From NCBI GenBank assembly GCA_015231825.1, contig JADGAV010000002.1, positions 9,914 through 73,913 on the forward strand: a stretch of 64,000 nucleotides of DNA, read 5' to 3'. Positions 1 through 7,987 of this stretch are shown here, piece after piece. The position numbers and the translations under genes are program-made. The notes beneath the pieces were generated by a model. That model did no database searches. It saw nothing but the letters and a program-made list of their open reading frames with translations, and was not told the DNA's origin. The stretch comes from SAR324 cluster bacterium. Its GTDB lineage: Bacteria; SAR324; NAC60-12. Each line of letters opens with the position of its first letter. Position 1 is the stretch's first letter.

Positions 1-43
1 TTTCCGTGTAAGGATCTGTTGAAGAGATTGGACTGAATCGCTC

Positions 44-586
44 ATGAAAACACTTTATGTTTTACGACATGCCAAATCTTCTTGGGAAGATCCGTACCGC
101 GAGGATCATGATCGCCCACTCGCTTCAAGGGGCTTGAATGATGCCCCGATGATGGGAAAAGTGCTTGATTCCTTTGAAATTCCCCCCACTTTGGCCATTA
201 CTTCTACTGCCAAAAGAGCTCGCCAAACTGTTGAAATGCTTGCCAAAACATTCAATGAGCGTTCCCTCAACCCACTGGAAGTTAAAACAGATCGGAGAAT
301 TTATTCCGCCCCCGTCAAGATCCTGTTTAAAATTTTAAGCGAATTGCCAGAAAAAAACGATGCCGTCCTCCTCGCTGGGCATAACCCGCAGTTGGAAGAA
401 CTGATTTCCCTCCTCTGTTTCGATGCTCCCGATGGAGGTATTCGGATGCCCACCGCTGCTCTCGCTCAGATCACTTTTGAGATCAATCAATGGAAAAAGC
501 TGGAAACAGGAACAGGAATTTTGTCTGCATTGATTTTTCCAAGGCTGGTAAAACGTTTGATTCGCCAAAAAAAACAGAAAAATTAG
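44..586 (+). CDS. Histidine phosphatase family protein (SixA-like phosphohistidine phosphatase)
   Basis: N-terminal 'LRHAKS' (RHG-type catalytic motif), 'RPL', 'SxxKRARQT' and ~180 aa length match the SixA/phosphoglycerate-mutase-like branch. Confidence 0.65.
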   Translation: MKTLYVLRHAKSSWEDPYREDHDRPLASRGLNDAPMMGKVLDSFEIPPTLAITSTAKRARQTVEMLAKTFNERSLNPLEVKTDRRIYSAPVKILFKILSELPEKNDAVLLAGHNPQLEELISLLCFDAPDGGIRMPTAALAQITFEINQWKKLETGTGILSALIFPRLVKRLIRQKKQKN

Positions 587-668
587 AAATAGAGATAGGA
601 CCTCAGTAGCAGAATTTTTTTTAAAAAAAATTTCTCCGAAATCACACCTTCGCTATAAATGGAAAACT

Positions 669-2066
669 ATGATCAAAACCAAGATAGTATGTACGATCGG
701 ACCGGTCAGCGAATCTTATGAAATGTTGTACAACATGTACAAAGCCGGCATGAATATCGCGCGTTTTAATATGTCACATGGCGATCATGCGTCTCACAGC
801 ATAATTATGAACCGTGTTCATGAACTGAACCGAAATATTGAATTTCCTGTGGGTTTACTTCTGGATACCAAAGGCCCGGAAATCAGAACTGGAAACTCGG
901 ATTTTGACTTGAAGGAGGGAGATGTCGTCGAGGTTTCTGTAGAGGGCGAAGAAGATCCGACCCGAACCTCTCTTTATGTTGGTTATCCTGATCTGATCAA
1001 ATCTGTTGAGGTCGGAGGACGACTGACAATTGATAATGGACTGATCAATTTGGAGATCCTGGACAAACAAAAAACGTCGATGAACTGTAAAGTTCTGGAT
1101 GGCGGCTACATCAAAGGCCGACGCCATGTCAATTTACCGGGTGCGGATGTCAATCTTCCTTCAATTACGGAAAAAGATCGGGAAGACATTTTGTTTGGAT
1201 TGGAACATGATGTCGATTTTATCGCGCTCTCTTTTGTCAGAACCGGTGAAAATATCCTGGAGTTAAAAGAATTGCTGGGGGATAGAGGAAAACAAGTAAA
1301 AATCATTGCAAAAATTGAGAATCAGCAAGGAGTGGATAACCTGGAAGACATTGTTCAAGAATCCGATGGAATCATGGTCGCAAGAGGAGATTTGGGCGTG
1401 GAGGTGAATATTGAAGATTTACCCCATATTCAGCGAAGAATTGCTTATTTGTGCGGTCGCAATGGAAAAAGAGTAATTGTTGCAACTCATTTACTGGAAT
1501 CGATGATTGACAACCCGATTCCAACTCGAGCGGAAGTGACTGATGTGGCCAATGCAGTGCACGAAGATGCGGATGCAGTGATGCTTTCCGGTGAAACAAC
1601 GGTAGGAAAGTACCCTCTCAAATGCATTGAGCATCTGGCAAAAATGGCGATTAAAACAGAGTCATACCCCAGTGTGCAGTTCGCGGCACGAGAACTCGTT
1701 TCGGAAAACAAAAAACAGCATATCGCCAATTCCGCGGTTCGTTTGGCAAGGCAGTTAAAATGCAAAGGACTCGTTGTGATTACCCGCTCCGGCCGCTCTG
1801 CAGAATGTGTTTCAAATTGCAGGACATTTGGTTTCGATACCTTTGCTTTCACCAATAACCAGAAATCCTATCGTATGATGACTCTTATGCGGAGTATCAA
1901 TCCTTTTCAGATCGAATTTGAAGATCCGGAAGAAACCATTGCAACCGCCTTTTCCGTTCTCAAAGAACGTCAAATCGCTCACAAAGGAGACCAAATGGTA
2001 ATTATTTCTGATGTCCGGGTTGAAAATGGGACGATCGACTCTATTCAGGTCCGTCCTGTTTATTGA
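669..2066 (+). CDS. pyk: Pyruvate kinase
   Basis: 465 aa; 'KIVCTIGP', 'NIARFNMSHG', 'LLDTKGPEIRTG' and 'MVARGDLGVE' are the canonical pyruvate kinase barrel and active-site signatures; a C-terminal regulatory domain is present. Confidence 0.92.
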   Translation: MIKTKIVCTIGPVSESYEMLYNMYKAGMNIARFNMSHGDHASHSIIMNRVHELNRNIEFPVGLLLDTKGPEIRTGNSDFDLKEGDVVEVSVEGEEDPTRTSLYVGYPDLIKSVEVGGRLTIDNGLINLEILDKQKTSMNCKVLDGGYIKGRRHVNLPGADVNLPSITEKDREDILFGLEHDVDFIALSFVRTGENILELKELLGDRGKQVKIIAKIENQQGVDNLEDIVQESDGIMVARGDLGVEVNIEDLPHIQRRIAYLCGRNGKRVIVATHLLESMIDNPIPTRAEVTDVANAVHEDADAVMLSGETTVGKYPLKCIEHLAKMAIKTESYPSVQFAARELVSENKKQHIANSAVRLARQLKCKGLVVITRSGRSAECVSNCRTFGFDTFAFTNNQKSYRMMTLMRSINPFQIEFEDPEETIATAFSVLKERQIAHKGDQMVIISDVRVENGTIDSIQVRPVY

Positions 2067-2091
2067 TCTGAAATGCAATTTTTGAGGATTC

Positions 2092-2946
2092 ATGCTGTAT
2101 AAAAATTTTGCCAAACAGGAAGAAATTGATCTGGAATACAACCCCAGGTTGACAGTCAACGAAATTGACCCCTTACTCAATGCCTATCTTGAAAACAGCA
2201 GGCGTGTTCTTCGCGATCACGAAAATCAGCTGAATATTTCCTATGGTCCGACCTTGGCCGAGCATTTTGATTTTTTTCCAGCAAAAAAGGAAGGGGCCCC
2301 CCTCCACGTGTTCATTCATGGAGGATACTGGCATTCCTTCAGCAGTAAAGATTTTGCTCAAGTTGCAGAAGCATTTATTTTGCAGGGGATTAATGTTGCC
2401 TTGATCAATTATGCACTTTGCCCGCTCGTCACCATTGATGAGATTGTCAGGCAATGCCGGGCGGCTCTTGCCTTTCTTTACAAAAACAGTTTGGAACTGG
2501 CCTACAACCCCGAGCAAATCAGCATTTCCGGACATTCTGCCGGTGCTCATTTAGTCGGGATGATGTTATCTACTGACTGGAAAGGACAGTATGCTTTACC
2601 AGCTGATCTGATCAAATCAGGATGTGCCATCAGCGGTTTATTTGACTTGTCTCCTTTTCCTTATTCCTGGCTTCAACCCAAATTACAATTTTCCTGGGAT
2701 CAAGTAGCTCGAAACAGTCCGATCCTTCATCTTCCCAAAGACTGCGGTCCAGTGATCGTCAGTGTCGGCGGAGACGAATCGCAGGAATTTCACCAGCAAT
2801 CAGAGAAGTACGCCGATTTACTGAAAAATCAAGGACATGAAGTAACTCACCTAATTATGCCGGGATTGAATCATTTTACAATTATCAATGATTTTCTCGG
2901 TGAGGGAGGAAAATTGTTCGAGCAAGTTTTGGAAACTATTGGATGA
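2092..2946 (+). CDS. Alpha/beta hydrolase, arylformamidase (kynurenine formamidase)-like esterase
   Basis: 'HVFIHGGYWH' oxyanion-hole motif and 'GHSAGAHL' nucleophile elbow (GxSxG) at the spacing typical of esterase/lipase fold-3; 284 aa. Confidence 0.6.
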   Translation: MLYKNFAKQEEIDLEYNPRLTVNEIDPLLNAYLENSRRVLRDHENQLNISYGPTLAEHFDFFPAKKEGAPLHVFIHGGYWHSFSSKDFAQVAEAFILQGINVALINYALCPLVTIDEIVRQCRAALAFLYKNSLELAYNPEQISISGHSAGAHLVGMMLSTDWKGQYALPADLIKSGCAISGLFDLSPFPYSWLQPKLQFSWDQVARNSPILHLPKDCGPVIVSVGGDESQEFHQQSEKYADLLKNQGHEVTHLIMPGLNHFTIINDFLGEGGKLFEQVLETIG

Positions 2947-3110
2947 CTAAAAAATAAAACCTAGAGTTTTGAACTTGATTCCTCAAAATGAAGATGAGAC
3001 CTTACCTTTTTTTATTGTCAGCGTTAAAAGCGAATTGTTATTCACAGCAAATCGTGAGCTGTGAGAATTCATGATTTGTTTCTCCAAAACCCCTCTATTG
3101 AGATAAAACT

Positions 3111-3404
3111 ATGAGCGTGACTGTTGTTTTAGAATTGCAGGCAAAACCTGAATCCTCGGATGAATTAAGAGCCACCCTCAAAGCCATCCTACCTGATACA
3201 CGAGCTTTTGAAGGATGCGAGAGCATTGAAGTTGTTGGAAATCAAGAAGATGCCTGTAATTTGATCATCTATGAAAAATGGACAAGCCGAGCACAAAATG
3301 AAAAATATATGCAGTGGCGAACCGAAACAGGTGCTTTAGAAAAATTAGGGGCGATGCTTGCTCAAGCTCCCAGTTTTCGATTTTATGATCTGGTGGATGC
3401 TTGA
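3111..3404 (+). CDS. ABM (antibiotic biosynthesis monooxygenase / Dabb)-like small protein
   Basis: 97 aa with a ferredoxin-like alpha+beta pattern ('VTVVLELQAKPE...IIYEKWTSRAQNEKYMQ') typical of ABM-domain proteins. Confidence 0.45.
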   Translation: MSVTVVLELQAKPESSDELRATLKAILPDTRAFEGCESIEVVGNQEDACNLIIYEKWTSRAQNEKYMQWRTETGALEKLGAMLAQAPSFRFYDLVDA

Positions 3405-3417
3405 AATACTATAGAAG

Positions 3418-3455
3418 AAACCTAATTGGAACAAAGGCAGTTCCCAGTTAGGTTT
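3418..3455. terminator. Stem-loop (12-bp stem with one G·U wobble, 14-nt loop) after the ABM gene; possible intrinsic terminator
   Basis: AAACCTAATTGG (3418-3429) pairs with CCAGTTAGGTTT (3444-3455); the stem ends in TTTT, but there is no separate U-tract. Confidence 0.3.
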
Positions 3456-3543
3456 TGAAAAATGCAATTCTTCCCGAACCCCGCCAGTTTCCCTTCCCTA
3501 CCAACCAATTTTCCACTCATCTTTCAATTGAGGAGATTTTCAC

Positions 3544-4212
3544 ATGGAACTTTACGATGTGATGCGTACCACTTTCGCCGCGCGAGAATTCACAGGAGCG
3601 GCTCTTTCAGATACGACTCTTTACAAAATCCTGGAAAACGCCCGTTTTGCCCCAAGCGGCGGAAATCGTCAGGGTGGACATGTGATCATTGTTCGTGATC
3701 AAAAGATTCGACAGTCAATTTCAGATTTGGCTGTTCCAGCTGCCAAACGCTATGCTGCACAAAAAGATGCCGGTGAAAGCCCCTGGAATGCAGTGACGCC
3801 CACTTCAGTTGATCAAGACACGATTGAAAAGACTCCAGCTCCAAAAACGCTGACCAGCTCGTATTTGAATGCTGCCGTTGTACTCGTCGTCTGCGTGGAT
3901 CTGAGGGTTGTTGCCTCGATGGATCAGTATTTGGATCGTGTTGGTGTTATTAGTGGGGCATCGATCTATCCTCTCGTCTGGAATATTTTAATGGCGGCGC
4001 GTCATGAAGGGTATGGGGGGACCATCACCACTTTACCTGTCGCGAGGGAACCTGAGTTGAAGGATCTTTTAGGAATACCAGAATATGTTGCTGTGTCTGC
4101 CATTCTCCCGATTGGACAGCCAAAAAAACAACTCACCAAACTGAAACGCATGCCTGTCTCTTCTTTTGCAACATTGGAACATTGGGATGGCACTCCTTTT
4201 TCAGAAATATGA
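3544..4212 (+). CDS. Nitroreductase family protein
   Basis: 'RFAPSGGNRQ' FMN-binding signature close to the N-terminus and ~220 aa length typical of NfsB/NfnB-like nitroreductases. Confidence 0.7.
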   Translation: MELYDVMRTTFAAREFTGAALSDTTLYKILENARFAPSGGNRQGGHVIIVRDQKIRQSISDLAVPAAKRYAAQKDAGESPWNAVTPTSVDQDTIEKTPAPKTLTSSYLNAAVVLVVCVDLRVVASMDQYLDRVGVISGASIYPLVWNILMAARHEGYGGTITTLPVAREPELKDLLGIPEYVAVSAILPIGQPKKQLTKLKRMPVSSFATLEHWDGTPFSEI

Positions 4213-5066
4213 GCCCTGGTGCTTTCCTACTGGTTCTTTCCGCTGCGTTTACTCACGCCGGTTGGAATTTTGCTGCGCGAAAAGTTTCCGGAAATATGGT
4301 CATCATGTGGCTGTCTGTCTGGTGCGCAGGTCTGTTCCTCTCTCCTCCTGCAATCTATGTGGTGCTCTCTTCAGGATTGGAGGAATCAATGTCTTCAACA
4401 GGATGGCAAAATTCTATTGCGAGTGGAGTCATCCATGCCCTCTATTCAATCTTGCTGGCGCTTGCCTATCAGCACGGTGAGATTTCGGTCGTCTATCCCA
4501 TCGCCCGCGGTTCAGGGATCGGGTTGACGGCTCTGCTGGGATGGAGCCTTTTGGAAGAAACATTGTCTATCTTTGGAAGCATTGGAATTGTTTTGGTCTT
4601 TGCAGGAATTCTTTTTCTGGGAATCCCCGCATACAAACAAAGTAAAGCGTTTCAAAAAATCAGCCTTTCCTTGTCGGTCGGCTGCACCATCGTTGCCTAT
4701 TCCCTGGTGGACAAAGTCGGAGTCAACCATGCCGATCCAATTCCGTATCTCTGCATTGCATTTTTAATCAGTGCTTCCTGTATGGGCCCCTATGTCTGGA
4801 AAAATCATCATGGCAGCATTCTTCGAACAGCAAAGCTCTACTATCCATACATTCTTGTGATAGGTATCGGAGCAGGAGGGACTTACCTGATCATCCTGTA
4901 TGCATTCACCATGGGCCAGGTTGCTTACGTTGTAGCCGTGCGTGAATTTGCCGTAGTGATCGGAGCGCTCCTTGGTATCATCTTCCTGAAAGAACAATTG
5001 ACCGTTGCAAAATCGCTCGCCATTATTGCTATTACTTTGGGATTGATCTGCATTAAATCAGGTTGA
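4209..5066 (+). CDS. EamA/DMT-superfamily transporter (10-TM)
   Basis: Hydrophobic throughout with two EamA-like halves ('HAGWNFAARK', 'GVIHALYSILLALAYQHGEISVVYP'). The likely start is ATG 4209 (ATGA overlap with the nitroreductase stop), not the track's 4182. Confidence 0.6.
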   Translation: MSPGAFLLVLSAAFTHAGWNFAARKVSGNMVIMWLSVWCAGLFLSPPAIYVVLSSGLEESMSSTGWQNSIASGVIHALYSILLALAYQHGEISVVYPIARGSGIGLTALLGWSLLEETLSIFGSIGIVLVFAGILFLGIPAYKQSKAFQKISLSLSVGCTIVAYSLVDKVGVNHADPIPYLCIAFLISASCMGPYVWKNHHGSILRTAKLYYPYILVIGIGAGGTYLIILYAFTMGQVAYVVAVREFAVVIGALLGIIFLKEQLTVAKSLAIIAITLGLICIKSG

Positions 5067-5099
5067 GTATATAGTATTTATTGAGAGCTTTACTGGTGA

Positions 5100-6272
5100 T
5101 CAGTCCTGCCAGCCGATGGCTTTTTTCTCGCTCAATTCCTTTACCTCCTGTGTAGAGAATCCCCATGCTTTTAAACCGGTTTCAGTGTCATCTCCGAAGC
5201 CTGGTGGACCTGATGGAAAGGCGGGCGGTGTTCGGCTGAAGCGAGGAACAGGTCCGGGTTGGACGACCCCGTCGATCTCAATAAAGCTCCCTCTCGACTG
5301 ATTGTGCGGATGATGTTGAGCTTCTTCAAAAGTAAGAACCGGGGCAAAGCAGACATCAGTTCCCTCAAAAATCTCGCACCATTCTTTACGAGTTTTCGTT
5401 TTAAAAATCTCTGTAAATTTTTGCTTCATCATCGGCCATTTTGAACGATCCATTTGGTCAGGTAAATTTTCTGGATTCATACCCAGTTTTTCAATAAGCT
5501 GCAGGTAAAATTTTGCTTCTATCGAACCGAGAGCAATGAACAGGTCATCTTTGGTTTGATAGGTCCCGTAAAAGTGGGCTCCCCCATCAAGAATATTATC
5601 GCTCCGCTGATTTGTCCAAGTTCCCGCTGCGTTGAGTCCAAAATTCCCTGTGGCGAGATAAGCGGAACCTTCTGTCATACTGACATCCACTACCTGACCT
5701 TTTTGGGATTGCTGACATTCGTAAACCGCAGCCATGATTCCAAACGCCAAAAACATGGCTCCTCCTCCCATGTCAGCCACCAGGTTGAGGGGAGGAACAG
5801 GGCCTTCTTTGGGACCGATGGCGTTTAAAATGCCAGTCAGGGCAAGATAGTTGATGTCGTGTCCTGCAACTTGTGAGAGTGGCCCGTATTGCCCCCATCC
5901 AGTCATGCGGGCATAAACCAGTTTTTCGTTGCAGGAGAAACAGTCGTCGGGACCTAATCCCAGCTTTTCTGTGACCCCGGGACGAAAGGGATCGATCAAA
6001 ACTGCAGCATCCCTGGTGAGACGCAAAACAGTTTCAATTCCTTCTTTCTTTTTTAAATCAACAGAAACTGAAGGCCGGTTGCGTCGCAGCAAGTCAAACT
6101 TGGGATCCCGTGGGGTTCCTAGTTGAGATGGTTTATTGCGTTCGATTCGTAAAACATTGGCTCCCAAATCTGAAAGCAGCATAGCACAAAGGGGACCGGG
6201 GCCAATCCCGGCGAGTTCAAGCACCTTGAGTCCCTTCAAAGGTCCTTCTGGTTCAATAGCAGATTCCTTCAT
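5100..6272 (-). CDS. CoA-transferase family III (CaiB/BaiF; alpha-methylacyl-CoA racemase-like)
   Basis: 'PLKGLKVLELAGIGPGPLCAMLLSDLGANVLRIE' is the family III N-terminal Rossmann signature. The internal Met at 6272 fits family alignments better than the track's start at 6308. Confidence 0.75.
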   Translation of the reverse strand: MKESAIEPEGPLKGLKVLELAGIGPGPLCAMLLSDLGANVLRIERNKPSQLGTPRDPKFDLLRRNRPSVSVDLKKKEGIETVLRLTRDAAVLIDPFRPGVTEKLGLGPDDCFSCNEKLVYARMTGWGQYGPLSQVAGHDINYLALTGILNAIGPKEGPVPPLNLVADMGGGAMFLAFGIMAAVYECQQSQKGQVVDVSMTEGSAYLATGNFGLNAAGTWTNQRSDNILDGGAHFYGTYQTKDDLFIALGSIEAKFYLQLIEKLGMNPENLPDQMDRSKWPMMKQKFTEIFKTKTRKEWCEIFEGTDVCFAPVLTFEEAQHHPHNQSRGSFIEIDGVVQPGPVPRFSRTPPAFPSGPPGFGDDTETGLKAWGFSTQEVKELSEKKAIGWQD

Positions 6273-6451
6273 GTTCCCTTTTTTATAGTATTGAAAAACA
6301 ACAAACATTTTCGGGAAAGTTATTCTTTCCCATCTACACTTTCTTTTTTCCTATCAGCAATTCAAATATTGGCAAGATATCGATTTCGTCGAATTATTTT
6401 CAGCAGTTGGAAACCGAAGTAGAAAGGATGAAGAATAATACCGGCAAACGG

Positions 6452-6479
6452 GTGTTACAGCTTGTTACAATTTGTTACC
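6452..6479. promoter_or_regulatory. Three helically phased direct repeats GTTACA(N4) in the divergent CoA-transferase/tesA intergenic region
   Basis: GTGTTACAGCTTGTTACAATTTGTTACC: the GTTAC core recurs at a 10-bp period (6454, 6464, 6474). Confidence 0.35.
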
Positions 6480-6633
6480 TCCGCGAAATAATAGCTGCTG
6501 CGATTTATGTCATAATTGCAGGGATCAAGAATGGCTCGCCAAACAAAAATCTTTATTTCCTTTGGACGATGCTATAAAATAAGCAGTTACAAATTAATGA
6601 ATAATCAATGGTTAACCAGTCAATATTGGAAGC

Positions 6634-7281
6634 ATGAAAGCATTTTTTAGAAATTTTATTCCCTTGATATATTTGGGAATCTGCGGGTTGATATTCTTCG
6701 GGTCATTTGTCTCGTCTGCAGAGGCAACATCGACAATTGTTTTTTTGGGAGATTCTTTGACAGAAGGCTATGGATTGGATAAATCCGAAGCGTTTCCCGC
6801 TCTTTTTGAAAAGGAGTTGCAAGCAGAGGGATACAAAGACATCAAAGTAATCAATGCGGGCATCAGTGGGTCTACTTCTGCCAGTGCGATTTCTCGATTG
6901 AAATGGTATTTGCGAATCAAACCCTCCATTCTTGTAATCGCCCTGGGAGCCAATGACGGATTACGAGGATTGGATCCAGATGCTATGAAGAAGAATTTAG
7001 CGACAACCATTCAACTCGCCTTGGATCGCAAGATCACGGTTGTTCTGGCAGGGATGAAAATTCCACCGAATTATGGATTAAAGTACACTGAAGAGTTTGA
7101 AAATGTATATCCGGAACTCTCCGAAAAGTTCAATATTCCGCTCATTCCGTTTCTTTTGGATGGAGTTGCTGCAAACCCTGAATTGAATCTGCCGGATGGG
7201 ATCCATCCCAACCAAAAAGGTCACGAAATCATCGCCAGGCTTGTTTTAAAAGAGTTGCGCCCACTGCTGCCACAATCCTGA
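6634..7281 (+). CDS. tesA: SGNH/GDSL arylesterase (TesA-like acyl-CoA thioesterase I / lysophospholipase), secreted
   Basis: Signal peptide, then block I 'VFLGDSLTEGYG', block III 'GANDGLRG' and block V 'DGIHP' of SGNH hydrolases; 215 aa. Confidence 0.8.
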   Translation: MKAFFRNFIPLIYLGICGLIFFGSFVSSAEATSTIVFLGDSLTEGYGLDKSEAFPALFEKELQAEGYKDIKVINAGISGSTSASAISRLKWYLRIKPSILVIALGANDGLRGLDPDAMKKNLATTIQLALDRKITVVLAGMKIPPNYGLKYTEEFENVYPELSEKFNIPLIPFLLDGVAANPELNLPDGIHPNQKGHEIIARLVLKELRPLLPQS

Positions 7282-7321
7282 AGGATTCCCCATCAATTTT
7301 TCCCTATACTAAAAATATATT

Positions 7322-7987
7322 ATGATTTTACAGGTTCATGAGTTGGTTAAAACTTTTGCGACTTCAGGCATGCTGGATACCATCGAAGTCCTCAGCGGGC
7401 TCAATTTTGATATCGAACAAGGAGAAACGGTCTCCATTGTTGGTCAATCCGGAAGCGGAAAATCGACGCTGCTTTCTCTGATGGCGGGATTGGATCATCC
7501 GACATCCGGAACAATTAAAATAAAAGGTCAAAACTTGAGCGAGATGAGCGAGGAAGCGCTGTCAAAATTTCGCGCGCAGAATATCGGGATTGTTTTTCAA
7601 CAGTTCCACTTGATGTCGCATCTCACGGCCCTGGAAAATATTTCTCTTCCCCTTGAATTGAATCACGACTCTGGAGCCGTTCCCAAGGCGAAAGAAGCCT
7701 TGATTCAAGTCGGCTTGGAACATCGGCAAAACCACTTTCCCCATCAGCTGAGCGGAGGTGAGTGCCAGCGAGTTGCGATTGCCCGCGCCCTTGTGGTGCG
7801 ACCCGCATTGCTGCTGGCTGATGAACCTACTGGAAATTTGGACAATAAAACGGGTGAGCATATTGCCGATCTGTTTTTTGATTTGGTCAAATCGACAAAA
7901 ATGACCATGTTGTTTGTCACTCACAACGAGCACTTGGCAGATCGATGTTTGCGAAAGCATCTCATTAAAGAAGGGCGATTCGTATGA
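7322..7987 (+). CDS. ybbA: ABC transporter ATP-binding protein (YbbA/LolD-like)
   Basis: Walker A 'GQSGSGKST', signature 'LSGGECQRVAIARAL', Walker B 'LLLADEPTGNLD'. A tesA-like gene sits immediately upstream and a ybbP-like gene downstream. Confidence 0.85.
   Translation: MILQVHELVKTFATSGMLDTIEVLSGLNFDIEQGETVSIVGQSGSGKSTLLSLMAGLDHPTSGTIKIKGQNLSEMSEEALSKFRAQNIGIVFQQFHLMSHLTALENISLPLELNHDSGAVPKAKEALIQVGLEHRQNHFPHQLSGGECQRVAIARALVVRPALLLADEPTGNLDNKTGEHIADLFFDLVKSTKMTMLFVTHNEHLADRCLRKHLIKEGRFV

Noticed and set aside
3462-3698. 78-aa ORF overlapping the nitroreductase start
   Set aside because: It lies in another frame of the nitroreductase 5' region and is Pro/Phe/Arg-rich junk; the nitroreductase frame carries the conserved motifs.
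5100-6308. Longer 402-aa form of the family III CoA-transferase
   Set aside because: The 12-residue N-terminal extension (MFVVFQYYKKGN) has no RBS and no counterpart in CaiB-family alignments; the internal ATG at 6272 is preferred.
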